Source: a virus | IMG/VR virus record: IMGVR_UViG_3300025057_000004 | Location: 24,920 to 88,919 of that record | DNA: 64,000 nt | Strand: one strand, 5' to 3' | Part shown: positions 17,955 through 26,493 of the stretch, piece by piece | Position numbering within the stretch: position 1 is the first letter of the stretch | Layout of the letters: each line of letters opens with the position of its first letter | The notes under the pieces: model-generated | Seen by the model: only the letters and a program-made list of their open reading frames with translations | The model's database searches: none | Told to the model about the DNA's origin: nothing | Program-made: the position numbers and the translations under genes

Positions 17955-18181
17955 CGCACTTTATCGTAAATCGCAATTTGCGAATCACGAATTGAAGTCA
18001 AATAGTGCGGTAAATCACACTAAACAAATAAGATATGTAGTGCTTTGAGTATTTTAATTGATAAGCTTAAATGTGGTGAATCCAACCCAGCTACATTACT
18101 CAATAAATGCAAATATTTTACAAAAAAGGCGTTTTGAGTGCAGTTATTTTACAATCTTTACAGTTGTCGAATTAACTAAAA

Positions 18182-18239
18182 GTAACCCAGTAGTTACAGA
18201 ACCGTCAAAAAACGAACAAAATGTAACGAGGTAGTTACA
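18182..18239. promoter_or_regulatory. Pair of GTAAC-N6-GTTAC inverted repeats (operator-like)
   Basis: GTAACccagtaGTTAC at 18182-18197 and TGTAACgaggtaGTTACA at 18222-18239, just upstream of ORF 18258. Confidence 0.5.
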
Positions 18240-18257
18240 CTTTAAACCAAAACAAAG

Positions 18258-18509
18258 ATGAGTAAAGAAACAGAATGCCCTTTCTGCCATAAGGTAGGAT
18301 TCCATAAGCTGAGTTGCCCAACGCAGAAGGTGACGGTGTTCCTGTCAGATGTGAAAGTTGAGGGAGTAACTGCTGAAAGTGAGGGAGCAACTAAAAGACG
18401 CTGTAAGAATCATGTATGGCGCAAGGACTACTTAAACGGTGGTAAGAAGTGTCAGGTGTGTGGCAAGGCACGGGAAGAAGTGAAACGAAGTAAAGACGTA
18501 GAAGAATGA
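18258..18509 (+). CDS. Small Cys/His-rich (zinc-finger-like) protein
   Basis: Two clusters: CPFCHKVGFHKLSC and CKNH...CQVCG. Confidence 0.6.
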   Translation: MSKETECPFCHKVGFHKLSCPTQKVTVFLSDVKVEGVTAESEGATKRRCKNHVWRKDYLNGGKKCQVCGKAREEVKRSKDVEE

Positions 18510-18787
18510 TGTTTTTCTTAAAGATAATCGCACTTGCTTATATACAGAATATCAGTTTTGCGTTAATATCAAGAGCAAGGAACAGAGACAATATGTATTA
18601 CCATGCTGTAGCATCAGTGTTCAGTAATGCAATATGGTTTCTCACAATGAAAGAGATAGTAATAAATGATTTCAGCCTTGATCTGTTCATACCTTATACA
18701 TTTGGTACAGTAGCAGGAAGTCTTACTGGTGCCAAGGTATCAATGAGAATAGAGAAGTGGTTGGATGCAAAAGCAGACAGTAAATGA
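18506..18787 (+). CDS. Small membrane protein
   Basis: About three hydrophobic segments; ATGA-coupled. Confidence 0.65.
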   Translation: MMFFLKIIALAYIQNISFALISRARNRDNMYYHAVASVFSNAIWFLTMKEIVINDFSLDLFIPYTFGTVAGSLTGAKVSMRIEKWLDAKADSK

Positions 18788-19116
18788 AAATAGATTGGAA
18801 AGAAATACTCAGCCCTATTAAGATAGCTGAGTTAACATATGGAAAGGATGCATCAAGATTCAATGGTCTTGATATCATTGTAAAAGAGATCAATGATGTA
18901 TCAGAAAGATGGCAAGAGTTTGTAAAAGAGAACTTTATACCAAAGACAAAAGCTGATAAGGAACGTAAGGAAGCATTGGAAGCACTGCTTGCAGTTGTAG
19001 AAGATATTCAAATGCTACGTACAGGCACTTGGGAGCCAGATAATGATAGTTGTGATGCAACTACTGATAATTTAAAATTGGTTATCAAGTATATAGAAAA
19101 AACAAAGGGGTCTTAA
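18784..19116 (+). CDS. Hypothetical protein
   Basis: Last + strand ORF; its stop codon lies in the loop of the convergent terminator. Confidence 0.65.
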   Translation: MKIDWKEILSPIKIAELTYGKDASRFNGLDIIVKEINDVSERWQEFVKENFIPKTKADKERKEALEALLAVVEDIQMLRTGTWEPDNDSCDATTDNLKLVIKYIEKTKGS

Positions 19117-19133
19117 TTGACCCCCTTTTTGTT
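19097..19133. terminator. Bidirectional terminator between converging gene blocks
   Basis: AAAAAACAAAGGGGTC-ttaatt-GACCCCCTTTTTGTT, with A and T tracts on both sides, exactly where the strand switches. Confidence 0.85.
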
Positions 19134-19152
19134 GTTCACAAGTGAGTAGTTA

Positions 19153-19389
19153 TTACTTCTTACGAGCACCACCCATCTTCATCATCTTTTTAGCACCACC
19201 GTTTTTCATATAACCCATTTTGTTACGTACAGATGTTGGTAGTTTTTTAAGACCAGTTTGACTTGCTGCAGGTTTCTTAAGACCTGATTTAGCTTTAGGT
19301 GCAGATTTCTTAGCACCTCCTGATTTGTAAGTTGACTTTTTCATCATAGAAGATGCTCCACCTCCCATGTACTTCTTTTTTGACATCAT
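19153..19389 (-). CDS. Small Lys-rich protein with repeated xxxGG motifs
   Basis: YMGGG, YKSGG, MKNGG and MKMGG motifs; very basic. Confidence 0.7.
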   Translation of the reverse strand: MMSKKKYMGGGASSMMKKSTYKSGGAKKSAPKAKSGLKKPAASQTGLKKLPTSVRNKMGYMKNGGAKKMMKMGGARKK

Positions 19390-19646
19390 TATTTCTTAGA
19401 TTTTTTTCTGATTGATGAAGTACGGTTACCCATACCTACTCTTCTTTTTTCTGCAACAACTGCAGACTTTCTCTTGCCTACACCTTTCCAGGTGACAGGT
19501 GTTTCCTTACTAACACTTTTAGAAGGACGGCATTTTTTTACACCTTTTGTCTTTGAAGAACCACAAGGTCTCCCATGTTGGTCTGTCCATTTTTCTTTAA
19601 ACCAACGTTTAAGGTTAGCTCCTGCTTTTGTTTTACGAACAGCCAT
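19389..19646 (-). CDS. Small basic protein (LKRWFKEKW...GRPCG motif)
   Basis: TAATG-coupled; the motif is recalled from small basic proteins of aquatic phages. Confidence 0.75.
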   Translation of the reverse strand: MAVRKTKAGANLKRWFKEKWTDQHGRPCGSSKTKGVKKCRPSKSVSKETPVTWKGVGKRKSAVVAEKRRVGMGNRTSSIRKKSKK

Positions 19647-19813
19647 TATTTCTTCTTTTTTGGTTTCATTCCGCGCATTTTCTTTCCTTTTGCAGCAGCT
19701 TCTTGAAACTTCTTCTTACCGTATTTCTTACGACCTATGGATGCAGCAATAGCAGCACCTTTTTTACCTCCACCAAGTTTCTTTGCTAGTTTTTTAAATC
19801 CTACGTATGCCAT
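19646..19813 (-). CDS. Small Lys-rich protein, 55 aa (not in ORF track): MAYVGFKKLAKKLGGGKKGAAIAASIGRKKYGKKKFQEAAAKGKKMRGMKPKKKK
   Basis: Translated by hand; TAATG-coupled at both ends. Confidence 0.75.
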   Translation of the reverse strand: MAYVGFKKLAKKLGGGKKGAAIAASIGRKKYGKKKFQEAAAKGKKMRGMKPKKKK

Positions 19814-19956
19814 TATTTTTTTCCTTTATTCTTCCTACACTTAGCGATTGCTCCACTTGCATACGCTGAAGGAAACACCTTATATTGTGCTTTTACCTTG
19901 TGGTAGCAAGCATCGTGTAAGGCTTTGTTCTTTTTGTTCATTTTCTTTTTTGCCAT
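19813..19956 (-). CDS. Small basic protein, 47 aa (not in ORF track): MAKKKMNKKNKALHDACYHKVKAQYKVFPSAYASGAIAKCRKNKGKK
   Basis: Translated by hand; TAATG-coupled; DACYHKVK...PSAYASG motif. Confidence 0.75.
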   Translation of the reverse strand: MAKKKMNKKNKALHDACYHKVKAQYKVFPSAYASGAIAKCRKNKGKK

Positions 19957-19960
19957 AATA

Positions 19961-20257
19961 CTAACATTTCCATCGTCTTCTTGCAGCACAAATACGTTTA
20001 TCAGGTGTTTTACTGCAACTGATGTTGTGCATCTTCATCTGTCCTGCAGATCTTGAACAATACGAACTTCTTCGTTTTGCAGCTTTAGATCCTGCTTTTA
20101 CCTTTCCTGTAACTGCGCCTTTCAGTTTAGATCCAGGATTGGCTCTTCTATGTGCAGCTATACCTTTCTTGGTCATTCCTGCACCACTCTTAGTAGATCG
20201 GAAGTTACCTCCCTTACCTACTGTTCGTCTTACATTTTTTTGTCTTCGAGCAGCCAT
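19961..20257 (-). CDS. Small Arg/Lys-rich protein (GAGMTKKG...RRSSYCSRS...RRRWKC)
   Basis: 98-aa basic ORF directly downstream of the giant cargo gene. Confidence 0.75.
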   Translation of the reverse strand: MAARRQKNVRRTVGKGGNFRSTKSGAGMTKKGIAAHRRANPGSKLKGAVTGKVKAGSKAAKRRSSYCSRSAGQMKMHNISCSKTPDKRICAARRRWKC

Positions 20258-20258
20258 T

Positions 20259-23200
20259 TTACATGTTTGTAAAGAATCTTAATCTTTCTTCAGGGTAGAA
20301 TACATCTTCTATTGTATCTACCATTGGTATCTGCCTCTTTGCCCAAACACCTAATTTAAGATCACCTTTATTTCTTCCAGCCTTGTACTCTGAAAAGAAA
20401 GGGTCATCATTGTAGAACCACCAAGGGTTGATGGTTCTTGTAATATCAAGAAGGTTTTCAAATTGATCAACCGCAGCAGATGGTGATTTAAGAATCTTTG
20501 TTGCTTCTTTAATATTCCAAACGGGAATGAATATACCAAGTTCTGTACTAAATCTATTTACCTGGTAAGCAAGCATATTCAAAGCCCAATTATCATCATC
20601 ATCTCCAGCTAAAGCAGCGAGAAACCCACCTGCTATGACAGCAGTTAAGAAATAACCTACCTCAACCATACTTCTTTTAATATTTGCTTTTTCCATTGGA
20701 GATAACTTATCAAAAGCATCTCCCGCAGAAGCAAATGTAAATTGACCTTCTTTGATCTCTTTTACAAGTTGTAACATAAAACGACCAGAAGTTCGATACA
20801 TACCTTCTATTTCGTCACCTATCATATAGTTACGATATTTTCTTTCAAAACGTCTATGAATACCTGTTGGCATCCACTTTCTAAACAACATTCCTGCTCT
20901 ACCGAGAGCTGATTTTTGAATAGCGTTTCTATCATTTATATTATAGATACCATGCAGTCTTTGATTTACAGATTGCATTTTTAGAATAAATTGGTTCTTA
21001 TCTGCGTCCGTAAAATCAGAACCGTCAAGATTCTTAACACCATCACGCACTTTTAATCTATTATTTTCTACTTCAAGAACATCATAGAAATCTACCTTTT
21101 TACCATCAAGCAATACTTTTTTATTGAATGCCATACCAAGTGCCATGCGTGATTGCATTTGGTGTTCACCCATATGGTTTAGCAAAAAGAAAGCAGATTC
21201 TGTCATTTGTCTTCCGAATCTATTACGATCTGTATTTGCTTCACTTACACGATTTTCAAAATCTTGCAATACATCAAAATCTTCAAGAAATAATCTAAGT
21301 TTATTATCGGATCTTGTTTTACCAGTATCTCCCATAAGACCTGCTAAACCATCGTTTGTATCAGTCCAATACGCTTTACGCGCTTTAGAAAGATCTTCTT
21401 GAGTTACAAACTGTTTTGCAAATGCTTCTTCTCTTATAAGTGCATTACCAAGAATAACGTTTGACATACCAGAGAAAACGTTGAGAGCAAGATTATTAAC
21501 AGAAGTATACTTTATAAGACCATCTATGATTTTTGCTTCGCTTACACTATCAGGAAGAATAAGATTCTTATTATCTTTTAGTTCACCATAAAATATCATA
21601 TCAATATATGATTTATATCTATCATAAACATTTCCACCTTCTGTAGATTCTACATTTATACCTCCTAACTTTTTTGCTTTTGCTAATAGACTTTCATCTA
21701 CAACTTTACGTTCCCTCATTACATCAGCACCTATTTCTATTACGCCTACGATTGAATTGAGTTCACGATGTCTGTTTGCCATGTTTGCAAATAGAACCAT
21801 TGAGGCTGTTGCGTCTGTAGACAGATCATTCATATTCTTTAAAGGACTGCTGTAATAGATAGGAACCTGTTTAATCGGTCTTCCCATTTCATCAAGCATA
21901 CCGAATGCTGTGTCATCCTGCTGGATCCTTAATATATCATTCAATGTCTCTTGAGCAGTATTCTTAGGGTCACTTTTAAGACGTTCCAATATATCTTTAC
22001 GTATCTGTGGAGCTAACATCTTATTGCGATACCTATCATTCATATGTGACATCAAAGATGTACGCATGTTCATATACTTCTCATAGTACTCTTTTTTAGG
22101 AGCACTACTCATAATTTCAGCATACTGACGATTCTTATATTTATTGGCAGGTTGAGCAAATTCTTTTCGATATCGAATATTACCATCTATATCTTTCCAA
22201 ATACGCTCGTTTTTCCAACGGTTATAATTTTTCAGTGCTCTTACTGTATTATTATATACAACCTTGTTTTCTTTTTTAAGCTTGTCAAGAAAGTCTTCAG
22301 GGTACTTGTTCTTTATTTCATAATAAAGATCAATGTCCTTTTTAAATTTTAAAGTATTCTCTATAAACTCCTTTCTTTTTTGCTGAAGAGCTTTTTTATA
22401 TTCAGGATTAAGCTGTGAATTTTCTTCATACCACCTGTTTTCAGCCTCAATATAATCCTGATCAAGATTAGGATTATTTGATCTGATCTTAAATCTCTCA
22501 AGAGAATCCTCGTGAGGTAAATTCAATCTTTCGTGTAATTCTTTATAGAATTTCTCTTTTGCTTTCTCATACTCACCTTGATTATATTCTGAAACAAGAT
22601 TACCTGTAAGGTTTCCGTCAACATCTCTTTCATAAATAAATTCTGTATTTGGAACACCAGCAGCTTTTAATTTAGCATCCATATCAAAAAGATCACGCAT
22701 GTCACGGATCGTAGATGTCTGAGCGTTTAGAATACGGTCTTTGACAAGACGGTCTGTAAGCCTAAGAAGTTCATCAGGATTTTCTGCCATAGAAGAAATA
22801 AGACGATTCCAATGAATTATATCAGGAGTGACCTCTTCAGTCATTCTCAATAACTCTTCAAGCTCAAGATTTACCTGATTTGATAGCTCATCTTTTGATA
22901 ACCCTTTATCTTTATGATAGGTTTCAAGAAACGGTCTCATAGTATGAACAAATATATTACGGGCATAAAACTTATAATCATTTTCCATTTGTTCTATACC
23001 TGTACTAATATTTTCAAGGGCTTCAATAAGTGCATTATGCCTATCAAGAGTATCTCCTGACACACCTGCGTTAACTAATTTACGTTTATCAAAACGTGTT
23101 TCCTGAAGAACAGACGTTACAATAGGTTTGTATATCGTAATGAATTTGCTCATATCATTTACTATAGTTGAAAACTCTGCAAGTTCATCATTATACATAC

Positions 23201-26200
23201 CAGATGAAAAAGCATCACGCATATACAATAATCTATTCATTACTTTATCAGCTTCACTTTCAGCATGATTGATAAATTTGATAAGACCTTGTGTTACTCT
23301 TATATCCTGTGTATCAACAGCATATCTATCATTAAATACTTTAGCCCTCTTACCAAGAACAAGAGATTCCCACGCTTTCTTTTCATCAGCAGTAAGTTGT
23401 GTTAACGGTTTTGATACTGCTGTTGAAAGTTTTTGTATTTTAAAGAAAGCTCCTAAAAGAGAAGGTTCTATGTTTTTATATTCAGGCTCTACAGTCATAC
23501 TTTCAACTACATTCTTATCATTGAGCTTTATTTCTGCAGCTTTTTCACCTTTATATATTACATCATATACACCAGGCTCAGATCTTTCTACGGATACTTT
23601 CTTTTCAAATTGCGTAAGCGCATTTAGATCTCTGTTCAAAGCTCTTATTAAAGCTTTTTCTTCTTGTAAAAATTCTGAACTACCTCTTTGTTTGTAAGCA
23701 TTTATACGTGTGCCAAGAACGTCAACTGCTTTTTCAAGTTCTTTCTTCATGCCATCAAGCATTTTAGAGTTCTTGAACATTTTAGGATCTATCTGAAAGA
23801 ATTGTGCATCTTCTTTCATATCTTCCATTGCATCAATTCTATCTTTTACAATAGATGGAGATTCAAGTGTTTCAGCTACCAATGCGTCAAGACCTTCACG
23901 AATACGTCTTTCTTTTGCTCTATTACCTATTCTAAAGAATGACATAAAAGCATTGAATATTCTTGAAAGAAGAGTTTTCCATTTAGGAGTAATGCTTCCA
24001 TCAGCTACTTGATCCAATAAGGAATCATTAAGCATTTTACCAACAATCTCAAGTTTTACTTTCTCAACATCATTGTTATATGCTTCCATATATTGCTCAG
24101 AGTATTGTTCCCAATATTTAGTTGATTCTACACCATTAAGTGCTTCGAGAACTCTCGGATCTTCCTTCATTGCATATACAATAAAGTGAGAAACTTCCTC
24201 GCCTAATGTGTCTTTTCTTCTAGTACCTTCGCGTACAGCAATAGACCTGTTAAGTATATCCGCTACTGCATTTGCAGTAAGAGGTTTGCCGTATCTTTTT
24301 TCATACCATGACTTATATTCATCATAATTAACAAGTGATATACCAAGGTCATTCATTAATGACATCAATCGCTTGTCAAGTTTTTCATCAGGTACCGTTT
24401 CTTCTCTAGACTCTCTTTGAAAAAATGAAGGAGAAGGGTTTATCTTAATAAAGAATATCTCACGACCTCCTCTACCGAATTTACTTGATTTATGTACTGT
24501 TACAGCTTTTGATCCTATCTGTCTGTTTACACGACCTACCTTGTTTACTGCATCTACATAACCGTTCTTAGTTATCATCAAGCCACCTTGATATCTTTTA
24601 ATGCCAGGTGATCTGAGCAGTTCAGTTTCAATTTCAGCTATCGTATTAAGGGAAGGTTCTTGAAAAAATATAGGAGTGTCAAGTTCTTTATTTACATCTA
24701 ATATTATTTCATTCCAAGTGTTACCATATTCATCAGTAATTACTTTTACATCGTATAATTTGTTAAGGATATTGGTTACTCTATTAGTATAGAAAGCTTC
24801 TATAGGCTTAAGTTTTTCTAAACCTTCTGTTTTTGCCCGATCTATTCGTGCTTGTTGTGCTTTTTTTATTTCCTCAAGTTCATTGCGTTTTATGTTATAA
24901 TCTTCTTCTGGGTCATAACGATATCCAGTCTCTTGATCGTATAAAGGAACACTGTTTTTACCGATAGTTAATGTCCATTCACCGTTTATTTTTTTGTATT
25001 TTCGAGAACCATAATTAAAAGATTCTACTGTATCAAAAGGTTTTATAGCTTTAAGTTTTTTATTGACAGAATTAATTGATTCTTGTGCTGATTTGATATC
25101 TTCAGCAATAGTTTGATGTCCTTCTATTTTAGCAGCAGTTTCTCCTGTAGGAAATAATACTTTTTCATAGCCTTTTTTAGCAGAGTCTTTTACAATAGAT
25201 TGTATAAAAAAATTAACCCATTTACCATCTTTGTTTAGAAGTTGTAGGAATTGATTTTCCTTCTCGCCTTTTTTTAAAGTTTGTTCTTTATATTTTTTAA
25301 AACCTCTTTTATTAGCTATTTCTAAAGTAGGGGCTTTTCTACCTGTAGGATTACCATTTTCATCTATTTCTACTAACCAAGCTTTAATATAATTATCTGT
25401 TAAATCCTTTTTATCTCTACCTTTCTGAAATAAATCAGATTGTACTTCAAGAATACGCCTTGTTTTAATGTTTTTAGAAGGCTCCTCTTGAGCCTTTTGT
25501 AAAGCAGTTATAAACTCGTCTTGAGATATAAGTTCTTTGTTTTTCCAAAAATCATTGATTTCATAACCTAGTTCAAAATCTTGTTCAAAAACATGCTCGT
25601 ATACATCTCCATTATATACAAATTTCTTACTATTACCTTTATAGCTATAATCTTCCAGTGGGTTACTACTATATCTTGATAATGAACTTTCAGACAATGT
25701 TGATTTATCATCACTTCTAAACCACCCAATACCTTGATCTGTAGCAAACTGAGCATGTCCTTTAATGTTAGGAGTAATAGCAGGTGTAGCTATTTCATTT
25801 TCTGTATAATTGGTACCTCCTGGAACTGTTAGGTTAGAGTAATACTGAGAAGGCTTCATAACAGATTCATCATAAGCACTTCTAAATTCTTTATATGATA
25901 TTTCTATCCCATTCTTAAAATATTTATTACCTTTTCCAAGACTATATGATGAAGAATAAGAATCTTCATTTAATAAAAATCCTTCTCCAGTATTGGGAGT
26001 TACTTGTGTTCCAGTTGGGCGACCTTTAGCAATATTAATCTCAACAGTAAAACTATTATCGGCTAATAATACAGCTATCATATCCTCAACAGGCATTTCT
26101 TTAATGTTGTTAGTCTTCATATAATCAAATACTATATCTATTTGATTATTACTAACTCCTTTATTTTGAAGCCGTTTTCTTAAATTGCTTTCTAAGTTAG

Positions 26201-26492
26201 GACGTTCTTTAGTATTGAGTCTTAATGTCAGTCTTTCAGGACCTGAAGTTTCTCCATATTTTCTTGTCCTTTTTGTATCTTCAGGTTTTATAAACTCACG
26301 TAAAGCTTTTGTAACATTCATAAGATACTTTACTTCTTGATCTCTATACTCAAGACTATCTGCAGTAGGAAACTCATCAGAATTATTTTCTTGTTGCCAC
26401 TCCATTATAGACATTTCAAGATCAAAAGATCTCATTCCTGTCTCAACAAGAAGATCTTTAAATTCGGTACTTGATGTATTTATACAACTCAT
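20259..26492 (-). CDS. Giant virion cargo/ejection protein (~2077 aa), polyvalent-type
   Basis: Start moved to MSCINTSS at 26492, just after the upstream stop. Contains an RRILEVQSDLFQ module, a degenerate zincin motif (GEEVSHF), a long helical C-terminal region and a hydrophobic segment near the C-terminus. Follows the vRNAP gene as in crAss-like phages. Confidence 0.75.
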   Translation of the reverse strand: MSCINTSSTEFKDLLVETGMRSFDLEMSIMEWQQENNSDEFPTADSLEYRDQEVKYLMNVTKALREFIKPEDTKRTRKYGETSGPERLTLRLNTKERPNLESNLRKRLQNKGVSNNQIDIVFDYMKTNNIKEMPVEDMIAVLLADNSFTVEINIAKGRPTGTQVTPNTGEGFLLNEDSYSSSYSLGKGNKYFKNGIEISYKEFRSAYDESVMKPSQYYSNLTVPGGTNYTENEIATPAITPNIKGHAQFATDQGIGWFRSDDKSTLSESSLSRYSSNPLEDYSYKGNSKKFVYNGDVYEHVFEQDFELGYEINDFWKNKELISQDEFITALQKAQEEPSKNIKTRRILEVQSDLFQKGRDKKDLTDNYIKAWLVEIDENGNPTGRKAPTLEIANKRGFKKYKEQTLKKGEKENQFLQLLNKDGKWVNFFIQSIVKDSAKKGYEKVLFPTGETAAKIEGHQTIAEDIKSAQESINSVNKKLKAIKPFDTVESFNYGSRKYKKINGEWTLTIGKNSVPLYDQETGYRYDPEEDYNIKRNELEEIKKAQQARIDRAKTEGLEKLKPIEAFYTNRVTNILNKLYDVKVITDEYGNTWNEIILDVNKELDTPIFFQEPSLNTIAEIETELLRSPGIKRYQGGLMITKNGYVDAVNKVGRVNRQIGSKAVTVHKSSKFGRGGREIFFIKINPSPSFFQRESREETVPDEKLDKRLMSLMNDLGISLVNYDEYKSWYEKRYGKPLTANAVADILNRSIAVREGTRRKDTLGEEVSHFIVYAMKEDPRVLEALNGVESTKYWEQYSEQYMEAYNNDVEKVKLEIVGKMLNDSLLDQVADGSITPKWKTLLSRIFNAFMSFFRIGNRAKERRIREGLDALVAETLESPSIVKDRIDAMEDMKEDAQFFQIDPKMFKNSKMLDGMKKELEKAVDVLGTRINAYKQRGSSEFLQEEKALIRALNRDLNALTQFEKKVSVERSEPGVYDVIYKGEKAAEIKLNDKNVVESMTVEPEYKNIEPSLLGAFFKIQKLSTAVSKPLTQLTADEKKAWESLVLGKRAKVFNDRYAVDTQDIRVTQGLIKFINHAESEADKVMNRLLYMRDAFSSGMYNDELAEFSTIVNDMSKFITIYKPIVTSVLQETRFDKRKLVNAGVSGDTLDRHNALIEALENISTGIEQMENDYKFYARNIFVHTMRPFLETYHKDKGLSKDELSNQVNLELEELLRMTEEVTPDIIHWNRLISSMAENPDELLRLTDRLVKDRILNAQTSTIRDMRDLFDMDAKLKAAGVPNTEFIYERDVDGNLTGNLVSEYNQGEYEKAKEKFYKELHERLNLPHEDSLERFKIRSNNPNLDQDYIEAENRWYEENSQLNPEYKKALQQKRKEFIENTLKFKKDIDLYYEIKNKYPEDFLDKLKKENKVVYNNTVRALKNYNRWKNERIWKDIDGNIRYRKEFAQPANKYKNRQYAEIMSSAPKKEYYEKYMNMRTSLMSHMNDRYRNKMLAPQIRKDILERLKSDPKNTAQETLNDILRIQQDDTAFGMLDEMGRPIKQVPIYYSSPLKNMNDLSTDATASMVLFANMANRHRELNSIVGVIEIGADVMRERKVVDESLLAKAKKLGGINVESTEGGNVYDRYKSYIDMIFYGELKDNKNLILPDSVSEAKIIDGLIKYTSVNNLALNVFSGMSNVILGNALIREEAFAKQFVTQEDLSKARKAYWTDTNDGLAGLMGDTGKTRSDNKLRLFLEDFDVLQDFENRVSEANTDRNRFGRQMTESAFFLLNHMGEHQMQSRMALGMAFNKKVLLDGKKVDFYDVLEVENNRLKVRDGVKNLDGSDFTDADKNQFILKMQSVNQRLHGIYNINDRNAIQKSALGRAGMLFRKWMPTGIHRRFERKYRNYMIGDEIEGMYRTSGRFMLQLVKEIKEGQFTFASAGDAFDKLSPMEKANIKRSMVEVGYFLTAVIAGGFLAALAGDDDDNWALNMLAYQVNRFSTELGIFIPVWNIKEATKILKSPSAAVDQFENLLDITRTINPWWFYNDDPFFSEYKAGRNKGDLKLGVWAKRQIPMVDTIEDVFYPEERLRFFTNM

Positions 26493-26493
26493 T

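Noticed and set aside
18030-18100. Possible tRNA in the intergenic gap (GTGGTGAATCCAAC resembles a T-arm)
   Set aside because: No GTTCRA T-loop, D-arm or consistent cloverleaf could be built.
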